A stretch of DNA of 64,000 bases from Mobula hypostoma (Eukaryota): assembly GCF_963921235.1 (NCBI RefSeq), contig NC_086097.1, forward strand, positions 147,748,001-147,812,000, in the 5' to 3' direction. A model generated the notes under the pieces. The model had not been told where the DNA came from. It was given only the letters and a program-made list of their open reading frames with translations, and did no database searches. Shown in pieces: positions 12,906 to 26,097 of this stretch. How positions within the stretch are numbered: position 1 is the stretch's first letter; each line of letters opens with the position of its first letter. The translations under genes were made by a program, and so were the position numbers.

Positions 12906-13241
12906 GTGAAGTGCATTTTCCGAGCATTGAATGGACTCGCCCAACTTGGGCTGAGACTTCAGCCTCTCCCTCCCAAATTACCTCCCCCAACTTCCATTTA
13001 CACACTGCCAACTGACTTCTAGGAACGAACAAACTCTACCGGTCTCGTAGAAAATTGAAGGGAAATTTTCATTCTAAAGATGGTCCAGTGTGGAGATTTT
13101 TCAAGGGGAGGTGTGAGATGGAAGAGGAGAATTCTAGGCCTAGGGCTATTGACAATTCTGATGAGGTTAATGATGAAGAATTACAATCTTTAAGTCATTT
13201 TACTGTACTAGTGCAACAATGGGCACAAAAAGAATCCATCT

Positions 13242-14575
13242 TTTTTTTACAAATCTATTCAAATTTATTTACACAACAAATACACGAAGTACAAACATTC
13301 AGTATTTACAATTCTATGAATAAATTCAAATCAAAATATGATTACTACTGTCTATAAAACAGTCAATTCCCTGGGATGCCCACCACTCCTGGAAATCCCC
13401 CACTGTAATTGTTGTGACCATATGCTCCCTCTCCAAGGGCAGCCGAGCACAAATGTATCCTCGGAAGAGGGGCAGAGAGTCGGCCCTGGCAGAGCCCTTG
13501 ACTTTCTGTCACCTAGACCCGTGATGGCCATCTTGGCCAGGCCCAGGAGCAAGCCCACCAGTAGATCCTCTTTCAATCCGCCCCCTTCCTTACTGGATGC
13601 CCGTTTATAACGAGTGTGGGACTGAAATGCAACCAGAATCTGAGCAGCAGCCCCTTCAAATACTCAAACAGGGCCTGCAACCTCTCACACTCCATATAAG
13701 GGTGGTACACTGACTCCTTCCGGCCATAAAATGGACGGGTGGACGGGGTGTTGGTGAACCTGCTCAAAACCCTGTTGTACGGTACTGCCCTATCCAACAC
13801 CTTCCATTCCAGGTCTCCAATGTACAGAGGAAAGACCCCTGCATAAAGAGATTTCCACTGGGGACCTCTTCCGCTGCCAAATGGTGTAACAGACCAGCAA
13901 GCTGAGTCTGGTTGGCAGATGAAGTAAAAGTGTTGTCCAAGGGCAGCTGGTATAAGAAACAGTTTGGAGCATCACAGAAGGACACAGTGGGCATCCCCAT
14001 GATATGGCTCACGTTATGCAGGACCCTCTCCCACATGGTAACCTGAGGCCTAAGTCCAACGAGCACTTCCGGCCCATCATGTGGTGGTGCAGCTGGAACC
14101 CCTCCGTTTCCCCACACCCCTCGACACTCGCTGTGATAGGATGGGGACCAGTCCCCCTTGCAGCTAGAGCACCGTCCCCCACCGGTGCAGGAGGACCCTG
14201 TCTGGATGAGACTAGACCCCCATTCCCTCAACCGCTCGTGGTAAAAGCGAGGCAATCCTTCAAAGCAGTGCAGCTCATGCTGTCTGTGGGAAGCTGTGAG
14301 TCCTCCTGCAGCCAGTATCCCGGCAGAGAAAGTGCATTGCCAGTGCATGCCATCTTGGAACTTGATCATTATACATGTATTTCTGCAGGCTCCTGACATG
14401 GAGAGCTGCCAGTTGGGTGCACATGCACACCAATGACTGACCGCCCACCACTATCGGAGGACTCAGGACTGCAGCGGAGACCCAATGCCTCCTGTTGACC
14501 CAGAAGAAGTCCACCAGCCTCTTCTGGGTCCTGGAGACAAGAGCATTGGGCGGGACTAAAGTAATCAGCCGATAT
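13242..14575 (-). mobile_element. 3' portion of a Tx1/L1-clade LINE nested in the hAT transposase
   Basis: Minus-strand peptides R.L.RAVP.NR.LSRFT...ESVYH.YMEC.RL..LF (zinc-knuckle region) and DLLVGLLLGLAKMAI. AATAAA and an A tail are present on the minus strand at about 13242-13270. Confidence 0.8.
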
Positions 14576-16229
14576 CATATCCTTACAATGAAAGCTTCAT
14601 TTCAATGTGTTTTATATGGACTGGTGATCCAAGTTGTCCAATTCCATTGTCCCTAGTCTGTGGCAAACAATCTACAAATGTAGTAATGGCTCCAGCAAAA
14701 TTGAAAAGACATTTGACTACAAATCACAGCCATGTGACACGTAGAAGTGTGATTATTTTAAACGACTATTGGAATCTGAAAACAAACAGATTAAAGCTTT
14801 TGAAAATAAAGTCACAGTCAGTAAAAGGATTAAGGAAGCAATTTATTTAGTAGGTTTAAGAGCAGTTCATTTGAGAATGATTAAAAAACTGTGTGAAAAC
14901 CTGGACAAAAAGTACACCAATTTCCTGCTACATACAGAAATCTGGTGGATTAGCAGAAAAAGAGTTCTTAACAGGGTGTTTGAGCTGAAAAGTGAATTCC
15001 AGGAGTACTTTCAAGAAAATAGTAGGCCGGAGTTTGCTGAGTGCTTCGAAGATGAAGAATGGCTGCAGTAACTAGCCTACTAAGCAGACGGTTTTCATCA
15101 TATGAACCAGTTGAACAATCGAGGCCCTGGAGAAAATGTTTTGACTTTAAGCGACAAGAATCTTGGATTTAAAATGAAACCAGACCTTTGGAAAAATCAT
15201 GCTGCAAAAGGAAATCTTGAAATGTTTCAATTACTGTTAGGGCTTGAGAGTGAGGAAGGATATCAGAAAGTCTCGATTCTTATTGAAGTTCACCTGGAAG
15301 AAGATTGAACAGTATTTTTCCTCTCTTTCAACACAAGTGTATGACTGGGTGGGGGAGCCTTTCTCTTAATCTTCTGCTCAGCCTCAGAACTTGACTTTGA
15401 GAGAAGAGGAGGAACTTTGTGAGCTGCACGCTGATCATGCACTCAAGATGAGATTTACTGATCTGCCCCGGACAAATTCTTAATTTCTGTGAGAGTATGC
15501 TGCTATTCATAGGAAAGCAATGAACATTTTGCTGCAATTTTCAACATTTTACAAGTGTGAACAAGTTTTTTCTTGTTTAACGAGCATCAAGAGCAAGGAT
15601 AGAAATCTTCTCATTTCAGTTGAAGGTGAAATCCATATGTGCTTACTTTGACCAAGAATTGAGAAATTTATTATGTTTGCCTTATGAGGTTTTGAAATTT
15701 ATGACAGAGAAAGAAAGCGTAATTTCGAGAAGGATAAGCTAAGCTTAACTATTTGTGTTTTTTTTCAAGAAAGGTTGGCTAAAAATTCATTCTCTGCTCA
15801 AAAGAGCATTGACATTTATTTTTGGATTATTATAATTAACAGCTTACTGATCACATTAATGTTCAGTGAGCTCTAGATATAATCTAGATATAATAATTTT
15901 TATGCAGGGGTTCCTTGAGACCTGAAAATTGTTTCAAGGGTTCCTCCAAGGCAAAAAAGTTGAGAAAGACTGGATCAGAGATCAGATATAGAGAATGTTA
16001 GAGGCTCAGCTACTTGGTGACATGTGGTTTCTCCAGTGCTTAAAAGCTGTCTACTGCCCAATCACCTTCTGAGTGTAAAGAATGGTGATGCTCATCTAAG
16101 GTAATCCCACTTGCCCATATTTCTCTAAAGCTGTAGCCAACATCCATTTCAATGGCTTCCTCAGCCATGACTCTCTCCAGGATATGGATTGCATCCCTTA
16201 GTATCCTATTCATGCCAGCCTCACTGCCT

Positions 16230-17795
16230 TCCTTGAGCAACGTGAAGTCAAGAAGGACGTAACTCAATTCCAAAAATAATAAGGTGTTAGGAGCAGATAG
16301 CATTGGAGCTGAAATCTTAAAACTTGGCAATGAAGGGCTTCAGCAATAAAGCAATAATTTTACAGTCTGAGAAGAGGAGGATGCCTTATGATAACCATCT
16401 TCAAGAAAAGACACAAGCTGAACATTAGACTGTGGAAAGAAACACAGGTCTCCCAGTTATTGCCTTAGGAAAGTAGTTGACAGGATCTTTCTTAACTGTC
16501 TCATCACAGTTGCCAGACTTGCTTCCCAAGTTACAGTGTGAATTCCATCCATCTGGGGGCACAATGGACAAGATTTTCATCATGCAACAGCTCCAAGAAA
16601 AATGGAGGGAGCTACACAACTATACATGAGTTTCTTCAATCTCATCGAAACATTTGACTCCACCAATGGTAGAGATCATGGAACACCATCCTCAAATTTA
16701 GCTGTCCATAAAAATTGTTATCCATCTTAGGAATGCTGAATGATGCCATGCAAGCAGTGATACTAACCATTGGTGCATCAACAGAATGGGTCAGTGAACT
16801 GCCCTGCACTTTTCTCAGTCTTTCTCACTGCGTGGACTCGTCTTGCTTCCAACAAGCTTACTACGTAAGTTTAGCTAATTTTTAAAAATAATGGAAAACT
16901 TTGCGTCCTGCAGTGAACGTAATCCAAGACCAAAGTCACTCAACTTAAGTAAATGAGCTTATGTGTACACATGCTCAAAGGCTGTACTTCAGGACTATGT
17001 TCACTCATTCACTGTAAGAGTATGGGAAAATGGGTCTTACATTCAACATCTGCAAGACCAAGGATCTCTACCAGCCTGGCACTGCTTTATCATAAAAATT
17101 TACCATGAAACCATGGAGTATTTCCCACATCTTAGGAGCCACCTCTGAACGGAGGTAGACTTTGAATCTGAAATTCACCATAGCCTTGAATATGTCAGCA
17201 CACCATTTGGTCATTTGGGGAAAACTATATTTTAAAGAATATTCTTTAGAACTGACACAAAATGCATGATCTAACGGCAGCAATGATTCCTTCCCGTATA
17301 AGTGCTTCAATGACTGTTTTCAGTAGGTCCTTCAAATCACTGCAAACTACTTTAACTCAGTTTCTTCAAAATCTTCAAAAGTTCACTGGAAGAATAAGCA
17401 TCCTGGTGGCAGCACTGCTGACAGTGAGACCCTATTTGCTGTCAGTCAGCAGAGTTGAGATTGCCACATGCCCAGCACTCTACTCCCAAAATAGACAGTT
17501 TATTCTGGACTCTTGGTGTGAGAGGGTATTAACTCTCATTGACTGCTGGGAACCTCTAGCCTCTGACATGGTCCAAGTGGAGAAGTAGCATTTGGAATGA
17601 TGTTGTGAATTGCAAACCATTGCAAGAAGAGAGCACAGAAACTATTTGTAAGGTCAAGGAATCTTTCCATTTGCTCATCTTTTTCAGGCACGTCCTGCCA
17701 CATCTGTAGAAGAGTTTGTTTCTCTTATTAGAGTCATTAGCCACATTAGAACCAGCAAAAATGAGTGGAAGAATATCATCCTTGATCCTGAGGAA
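16230..17795 (+). mobile_element. Old RTE (BovB-like) LINE fragment
   Basis: Decayed QC.F.PS.GTMD.IF..QQLQEK..E RT motif at about 16530-16610, with an RTE-like 3' end near 17770-17795. Confidence 0.6.
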
Positions 17796-17799
17796 GTGG

Positions 17800-18600
17800 A
17801 TTTCACTGGTTCTTAGATGTTTGAAGGATATTTTAATGATTTAGATCTAAATGTAGCGTATAATAAATAAGCTTTACAAATATGCAGTGAGGAAAGGTAT
17901 AGATGATCAGGTTTGGTGGACAGTTGGGCAGAAAAGGATTGCAGTGAAGTAAAGGGAAATACAGAGAGAGGAGCTGGCCAAAGTTGATTGGAAGGGGATA
18001 CTATCAGAAATGATGGTAGATAGCAATGGCTGATATTTCTGGGAGGAATTTGGAAGGCACAGGGAAAAAGACTCTTTCATGTCAAAGATCTCTACAAAGT
18101 GATCTAAATTAATTATGAATATAAAACACAAAACAACTGATTGCATAAATATTCACCCCCCCCCCCCCCAATATGACATACCAAAACATCACTGGTGCAA
18201 CCAATTGGTTTTGAAAGTCACATAATTAGTTAAATGGAGATCTGTTTTTGGAGACATGCATGCAGTCAAGGTGTTTCAGTTGATTCAATTGGAGAGGATG
18301 TTTCCTATGTTGAGAGAGTCTAAGATTAGAGAGTATAGCCTCAGTATAGAGGGATGTCCGTTTAGAACAGAGATGAGAAGGTATTTAACCAGAGGGTGGT
18401 GAATCTGTGGAATCCATTGCTACATATGGCTGTGGTGACCAAGTCATTGTGTATATTTAAAACAGAGGTTGATAGATTCTTGAATAATAAAGGTGTCAAA
18501 AGGCAAGAGAATGAGGTTGAGAGGGATAAAGATCAGCCAAGATGGAATGGTGGAGCAGAGTCGATGAGCCAAATGGCCTATGTCCCATGGCCTAAAAATG
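17800..18600 (+). mobile_element. Mixed CR1 fragments with an inserted Tc1-like end fragment (about 18070-18290)
   Basis: CR1 3' end (VVNLWNPL...IFKTEVDRFL, 18396-18600) and a Tc1-type terminal motif, ttgcataaatattcacccc. Confidence 0.55.
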
Positions 18601-19772
18601 ACAAATTGCATTGAATCCAAAAAATGTGAAACAATATGTACGTTAGGTAGATGAACTTTCATCAAAACTGGTGAACGGCCATTGATCAAATCCTGTTGGC
18701 ATAGATTTAAAGTAATTGGTAGAAGGGTTAGAGAAGAGCCTTTGTAATCTAGAAGGTGGTTGGGATCTTGAATTTGCTGTCTCAAAGCATGGTAAGGTTG
18801 ACTAGTACAAATACAATGGTTTAAATGGCCTTTCATTTTCCCCTTATACTCTCTGTGTTAGCTTGTTGCAACTGGATTGTTAACAATATTGAAATTAAAA
18901 TACCTCAGTATTACTCCTTTTTCTTTTGTAATAACTCCATCTTATAAGAAACTGTGTAGTGGTGTAAATATAAATGTTTTATAATTTCTTGATAACTGTT
19001 AATGTCTTGCAATGTAAATTGTATTGAAGTATGAATTGAAAATGCTGAAAATATTCATTATGTCAAGTAGCATCTGTAAAGAGAGAAAAGCAGTATTTCA
19101 GGTAGATGACCTCCTATCTGAACTGGTGAACGGCCACTTACCTGAAACGTTATATTTCTCTTTCTGTAAATATTGAATTGCTAAGCATTTCCAGCAATAT
19201 CTATTTTATATTTAGATCTTGAGCATCCTTAGTATTTTGCTATTGTACAATTGTGCATCAAATGAAGTTAGCATAAGTAAAAATTGCCATCACTTGTTGA
19301 ATCAGTTGCAAAGGGGAAAGCATTTTGATAAACTGTTGATTTCTTGTCTGCATTTCTCCAAATTTTGGCACTGTAAGGCATAATATGAGACTTTTCCACA
19401 ATTACATGGCTGACTTTGAGGATTATGTTTTAAACCAAAACTTGATTCCAGGTTTGTGCTGTTTTTTATTTTCTTTTGTTACCTAGGTTATTCCATGACC
19501 AAATAAATGTACAACATAGATATTAGGTTAATTTTCTAACTCCATTATCTAACAATGAAACACTTCCATTGGGATGAATAAAGAGGTCTCACTTTGTCTT
19601 ATAGCATAAAAATTACTATTAATTTATCATAAAGTGAAAGAGATGGAAGTAAGACATCAGAAACACAAATTCATCTTGTGTTAACTATCAGAACAGTAAT
19701 TGGAGATTTCTCTGTGTGCACCTAAAAATGATGCCTTGCCTTTTTCTTCATTTCTGTTTCTTTCCTTTGTAG

Positions 19773-19919
19773 GGTCCATTGTCAGTTTTCTCCATCAAGA
19801 ACCGTTGGAGCTCTGTCAGAGAAATTCATCTTGAGAAAAGTGATAAGGGATTTGGATTCACACTGCGTGGTGATTCTCCTGTCCTTATTGCAGGCGTAGT
19901 CCCTGATGGCTCTGCAGAT
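19773..19919 (+). CDS. RHPN1: Rhophilin-1 exon, first half of the PDZ domain: GPLSVFSIKNRWSSVREIHLEKSDKGFGFTLRGDSPVLIAGVVPDGSAD
   Basis: Long polypyrimidine tract plus tag acceptor, gtaagc donor. Contains the PDZ carboxylate-binding loop GFGFTLRG. Confidence 0.94.
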
Positions 19920-20391
19920 GTAAGCCTTCTTCACACCAAATTATTGATGTTATAAAATTCTTTGGATTTCTATTCCTGCTTTGTGATAAGATAAGTAACC
20001 AAATATTAAAAAACTCAACGTCTTTCAGACTTGTACATAAGCAACTAATTATATTTAAGGGAACGTGAGGGGAACTTCTTTACTCAGAGGATAGTGCGAA
20101 TGTGGAACCAGCTGTCGACAGAAATGGCATTGACCTGAAACGTTACATTTCTCTTTCTGCAAACATTGCTTGAGCTGCTCAGCATTTCCAGCAATTTCTA
20201 TTTAGATTTTGAAAGTACAGATATGGCCTTTTATTTTCCCCTTATTCTCCCTGTATTGCTGCTACTGGGGTATTAACAGTATTGAACACTGTCACACCAT
20301 CTTTCATGTTTTGTAATAACTATTTCTTACAGGATGGAGTTTAGTGGTATATTGATTAACGTTCTTCGTAAATGTTACTTAATGTCTCTCA

Positions 20392-22640
20392 GAGTGACAT
20401 AGTTAATTCAGAAGCAAAGGTTCTGAACTTAAAGAGGGGTAACTTTGAAGGTATGAGACGTGAATTAGCTAAGATAGACTGGCAAATGACACTTAAAGGA
20501 TTGACAGTGGATATGCAATGGCAAGCATTTAAAGGTTGCATGGATGAACTACAACTATTGTTCATCCCAGTTTGGCAAAAGAATAAATCAAGGAAGGTAG
20601 TGCACCCGTGGCTGACAAGAGAAATTAGGGATAGTATCAATTCCAAAGAAGAAGCATACAAATTAGCCAGAGAAAGTGGCTCACCTGAGGACTGGGAGAA
20701 ATTCAGAGTTCAGCAGAGGACAAAGGGCTTAATTAGGAAGGGGAAAAAAGATTATGAGAGAAAACTGGCAGGGAACATAAAAACGGACTGTAAAAGCTTT
20801 TATAGATATGTAAAAAGGAAAAGACTGGTAAAGACAAGTGTAGGTCCCCTGCAGACAGAAACAGGTGAATTGATTATGGGGAGCAAGGACATGGCAGACC
20901 AATTGAATAATTACTTTGGTTCTGTCTTCACTAAGGAGGACATAAATAATCTTCCAGAAATAGTAAGGGACAGAGGGTCCAGTGAGATGGAGGAACTGAG
21001 GGAAATACATGTTAGTAGGGAAGTGGTGTTAGGTAAATTGAAGGGATTGAAGGCAGATAAATCCCCAGGGCCAGATGGTCTGCATCCTAGAGTGCTTAAG
21101 GAAGTAGCCCAAGAAATAGTGGATGCATTAGTGATAATTTTTCAAAACTCATTAGATTCTGGACTAGTTCCTGAGGATTGGAGGGTGGCTAATGTAACCC
21201 CACTTTTTAAAAAAGGAGGGAGAGAGAAACCGGGGAACTATAGACCGGTTAGCCTAACGTCGGTGGTGGGGAAACTGCTGGAGTCAGTTATCAAGGATGT
21301 GATAACAGCACATTTGGAAAGCGGTGAAATGATCGGACAAAGTCAGCATGGATTTGTGAAAGGAAAATCATGTCTGACGAATCTCATAGAATTTTTTGAG
21401 GATGTAACTAGTAGAGTGGATAGGGGAGAACCAGTGGATGTGGTATATTTGGATTTTCAAAAGGCTTTTGACAAGGTCCCACACAGTAGATTAGTGTGCA
21501 AACTTAAAGCACACGGTATTGGGGGTAAGGTATTGGTGTGGGTGGAGAATTGGTTAGCAGACAGGAAGCAAAGAGTGGGAATAAACGGGACCTTTTCAGA
21601 ATGGCAGGCGGTGACTAGTGGGGTACCGCAAGGCTCAGTGCTGGGACCCCAGGTGTTTACAATATATATTAATGACTTGGATGAGGGAATTAAATGCAGC
21701 ATCTCCAAGTTTGCGGATGACACGAAGCTGGGTGGCAGTGTTAGCAGTGAGGAGGATGCTAAGAGGATGCAGGGTGACTTGGATAGGTTGGGTGAGTGGG
21801 CAAATTCATGGCAGATGCAATTTAATGTGGATAAATGTGAAGTTATCCACTTTGGTGGCAAAAATAGGAAAACAGATTATTATCTGAATGGTGGCCGATT
21901 AGGAAAAGGGGAGGTGCAACGAGACCTGGGTGTCATTATACACCAGTCATTGAAAGTGGGCATGCAGGTACAGCAGGCGGTGAAAAAGGCGAATGGTATG
22001 CTGGCATTTATAGCGAGAAGATTCGAGTACAGGAGCAGGGAGGTACTACTGCAGTTGTACAAGGCTTTGGTGAGACCACACCTGGAGAATTGTGTGCAGT
22101 TTTGGTCCCCTAATCTGAGGAAAGACATCTTTGCCATAGAGGGAGTACAAAGAAGGTTCACCAGATTGATTCCTGGGATGGCAGGACTTTCATATGAAGA
22201 AAGACTGGATGAATTGGGCTTGTACTCGTTGGAATTTAGAAGATTGAGGGGGGATCTGATTGAAACGTATAAGATCCTAAAGGGATTGGACAGGCTAGAT
22301 GCTGGAAGATTGTTCCCGATGTTGGGGAAGTCCAGAACGAGGGGTCACAGTTTGAGGATAGAGGGGAAACCTTTTAGGACTGAGATTAGGAAAAACTTCT
22401 TCACACAGAGAGTGGTGAATCTGTGGAATTCTCTGCCACAGGAAACTGTTGAGGTCAGTTCATTGGCTATATTTAAGAGGGAGTTAGATATGGCCCTTGT
22501 GGCTACGGGGGTCAGGGGGTATGGAGGGAAGGCTGGGGCGGGGTTCTGAGTTGGATGATCATCCATGATCATAATAAATGGCGGTGCAGGCTCGAAGGGC
22601 CGAATGGCCTACTCCTGCACCCATCTTCTATGTTTCTATG
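20392..22640 (+). mobile_element. Young 5'-truncated CR1 (HER1-like) LINE with an uninterrupted ORF2 RT region
   Basis: Open 725-aa frame containing KSPGPDG, YRPVSL, QHGF, YLDFQKAFD, GVPQGSVLGP and FADD. 3' UTR hairpin (ggctcgaagggccgaatggcct) and (TTCTATG)n tail. No APE endonuclease domain, so 5'-truncated. Confidence 0.95.
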
Positions 22641-22669
22641 TAATTCTGTATTAAAGTATGAATAGAAAA

Positions 22670-23650
22670 TGCTCATTCTCCTACGCTCCAGAAAATAAAG
22701 TCCTAACCTGTTCAACCTTTCCCTATAACTCCAGTACTCAAGACCTGGCAACATCCTTGTAAATTTTCCCTGTACTCTTTCAATCTTAATGATATCTTTC
22801 CTATAGATAGGTGACCAGAACTACACATAATACTCCAGATTTGGCCTCACCAGTGTCTTATACAACTGCAACATAACATCCTAACTCCTGTACTCAATAC
22901 TATGATTTATAAAGACCAATTTGACAAAAGCTCTCTTTCCCACTCTCTCTACCTGTGATGCCACTTTTATGGAATTATGGATCTATATTCCCAGATCCCT
23001 TAGTTCTACTGCATTCCTCAGTGCTCTTCTGCTCACCATGTAAGACCTGCCCTGGTTGGTCCTCCCAAAGTGTAATATCTCATACTTGTCTGCATTAAAT
23101 TCCATTTGTCATTTTTTAGCTGGTCCAGACCCTGCTGCATGCTTTGATAGCCTTCCTCACTATCCACTGTGACCCCCATCTTGGTGTGATCCACAAATGT
23201 GCTGATCTCATTTCGTACACTATCATCCAAATTAAAATAGATGACAAACAACAATGGACCCAGTGCCAATCCCTGTGGCACACCACTAGTCACAGGGCTT
23301 CAGTCAGAGAGGCAACCATCTACTACTGTTCTCTGGCTTCTCCCACTAAGCCAATGTTGAATCCAGTTAATTACTTCATCATTAATGCCAAGCGACTAAA
23401 CTTTCTTGACCAGCCTCCTATGTGGGAATTTGTCAAAGGCCTTGCTAAAATCCATGCAGACAACAGCCGTTGCCTTTCCTTCATCAACTTTACTGGTAAC
23501 CTCTTTGAAAGCTCTATAACATTGGTTAGATACGACCTACCAGGCACAAACTCATGTTGTCATAGGTACATGACTATTCCAAATCAGGACATATCTATCC
23601 AAATGCTTATATATCCTCTCCCTTAGAATACCTTCCATTAACTTACTGAT
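22670..23650 (-). mobile_element. Degenerate CR1 fragment, antisense
   Basis: Minus-strand TSGVPQG..LGPLLFVIY and YRERLNRLGLY.LERRR. Confidence 0.85.
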
Positions 23651-25096
23651 GTCACACTGAATAATAATAATAATAAAGAAGTTATTATGACCACTGGGAA
23701 ATGATGCTGGTGAGGTAGTAATGGGGGACAAAGATATGGCAGATGAACTTAATGAGTACTTTGCATTAGTCTGCACGGTGGAAGACACCAGCAGTGTGTC
23801 AGAGGTCCATGACTATCAGGGAGCAGGAGTGAGTGCCATTGCTTTTACAAAGTAAAAAGTGCTAGGCAAACTGAAAGGTCTTAAAGTGGATAAGTCACCT
23901 GAACCAGATGGACTACATCTCAGGGTCCTGAAAGAAGTTGCTGAAGAGATGCATTGGTCATGATCTTTCAAGAATCCTTTGATTCGGGCATGGCCTCTGA
24001 GAACTGGAAAGTTTCAAATGTCACTCTACTCTTTAAGAAGGGAGGAATGGAAAAGAAAGGAAATTATAGCCCAACTTCAGTGGTTGGAAAAGTGTTGGGA
24101 GTCCATTATTAAGAATGCGGTTTTGGGGTACTTGGAGACTAATGATAAAATAAGTCAAAGTCAGCATGGTTTCTGTCAAGGGAAATCTTGCCTGACAAAT
24201 CTGTTAGAGTTGTTCGAGGAAGTAAGAAGCAGGGTGGACAAAAGAGAGGCAGTGGATGTCATTTACTTAGATTTTCAGAAGGAATTTGATAAGGTGCCTC
24301 ACATGAGGCTGCTTAACAAGATGAAATCCTATGACGCTACAGGAAAGATATTGGCATGGATAGGGGAATGGCTGACAGGCAGTCGCAGCGAATGGGAATA
24401 AAGGGGGCCTTTTCTGGATGGCTGCCAGTGACTAGTGGTGTTTCTCAGGGGTCAGTATTGGGACCGCTACTTTTCACATTGTTTGTCAATGATTTAAATA
24501 ATGGAATTGATGGCCTTGTGGCAAAGTTTGCAGATGATACGAAGATAGGTGAAGAGGTAGGTAGTGCTGATAGGTACTGCATTGTTGTTGCAGTAGGTCT
24601 TAGACAAAAAAGTGGCAGATGGAGTACAGTGTTGGGAAATGTATGATAATGCATTTTGGTAAAAGGAACCCATAGTGCAGACTATTGTTTAAATGAGGAA
24701 AAAATTCAAACATCAGAGGTGCAAAGGGACTTGGGAGTCCTCGTGCAAGACTACCATAAGATTAATTTAAAGGTTGAGTCTGTGGTAAAGAAGGCGAATG
24801 CAATGTTGGCATTTATTTCAAGGGGAGTCGAATATAAAAGCAAGGAGATAATGTTGAGGCTTTATAAGACACTAATCAGCCTGCAGTTGGGATATTGTCA
24901 ACAGTTTTGGGCCCCATGTCGCAGAAAGGATGTGTTGTCAGAGAGTTCAGAGGAGGTTCACAAGGATGATTCTGGGAATGAAGGGGTTAACATATGAGCA
25001 AACACGAGGAATTCTGCAGATGCTGGAAATTCAAGCAACACACATCAAAGTTGCTGGTGAACGCAGCAGGTCAGGCAGCATCACTAGGAAGAGGTA

Positions 25097-25134
25097 CAGT
25101 CGACGTTTCGGGCCGAGACCCTTCGTCGGGACTA
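25097..25134 (-). ncRNA. Hammerhead motif with a U4-to-C change (CCGACGA)
   Basis: Reverse complement of the 26060 motif with one core substitution. Confidence 0.7.
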
Positions 25135-26059
25135 ACTGAAGGAAGAGCTAGTAAGAGATTTGAAAGTGGGAGGCGGAGGGGGAGATCGAAAATGATAGGA
25201 GAAGACAGGAGGGGGAGGGATGGAGCCAAGAGCTGGACAGGTGATTGGCAAAAGGGATATGAGAGGATCATAGGACAGGAGGTCCAGGGAGAAGGAAAAG
25301 GGGGAGGGGGGAAAAACCCAGCGGATGGGCGAGGGGTATAGTCAGAGGGAGAAAAAGGAGAGAGAGAGAAACGAATGGGGTATGAGGGGGAGGTGGGGCA
25401 TTAGCAGAAGCTAGAGAAGTCAATGTTCATGCCATCAGGTTGGAGGCTACCCAGATGGAATATAAGGTGTTGTTCCTCCAACCTGAGTGTGGCTTCATCT
25501 TTACAGTAGAGGAGTCCATGGATAGACATATCAGAATGGGAATGGAATGTGGAATTAAAATGTGTGGCCACTGGGAGATCCAGCTCTCTCTGGCAGACAG
25601 AGCATAGATGTTCAGCAAAACGATCTCCCAGTCTGCGTCGGGTCTCGGCAATATATAAAAGGCCACATCGGGAGCACCGGACGCAGTATATCACCCCAGC
25701 CGACTCACAGGTGAAATGTTGCCTCACCTGGAAGGACTTGACTTCTCTAACTTCCGCTAATGCCCCACCTCCCCCTCGTACCCCATCCGTTATTTATTTA
25801 TATACACACATTCTTTCTCTCTCTCTCCTTTTTCTCCCTCTGTCCCTCTGACTATACGCCTTGCCCATCCTCTGGGTTTTTTTTTCCCCTCCCCTTTTCC
25901 TTCTCCCTGGGCCTCCTGTCCCATGATCCTCTCATATCCCTTTTGCCAATCACCTGTGCAGCTCTTGGCTGCATCCCTCCCCCTCCTGTCTTCTTCTATC
26001 ATTTTGGATCTCCCCCTCCCTCTCCCGCTTTCAAATCTCTTACTAGCTCTTCCTTCAGT

Positions 26060-26097
26060 TAGTCCTGACGAAGGGTCTCGGCCCGAAACGTCGACTG
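26060..26097 (+). ncRNA. Minimal type-I hammerhead ribozyme motif with an intact core
   Basis: tagtc-CTGACGA-a-gggt(ctcg)gccc-GAAA-cg-TC-gactg. Stem I is tagtc/gactg, stem II gggt/gccc, stem III the palindrome ACGT. Predicted cleavage after GUC at 26092. Confidence 0.85.

Larger units (their letters stand above)
12013..15972 (+). mobile_element. Decayed hAT (Charlie/Buster-type) DNA transposon containing minisatellites and a nested Tx1 LINE
   Basis: TIRs cagggtttctcaac / gttgagaaagactg. 8-bp flanks gattacag / gatcagag match at 6 of 8 positions. Transposase remnants: C..P.P..LVCG....MAPAKLKRHL.T.H, LLHTEI.W.SR..VLNRVFEL and CEQ.FS. Confidence 0.85.

Noticed and set aside
13764..14399. 211-aa minus-strand ORF
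   Set aside because: It is an alternative-frame reading of the GC-rich Tx1 remnant.
20372..22549. 725-aa ORF as a host gene
   Set aside because: It is a truncated CR1 ORF2. The ATG comes from flanking sequence and a CR1 3' UTR and tail follow.
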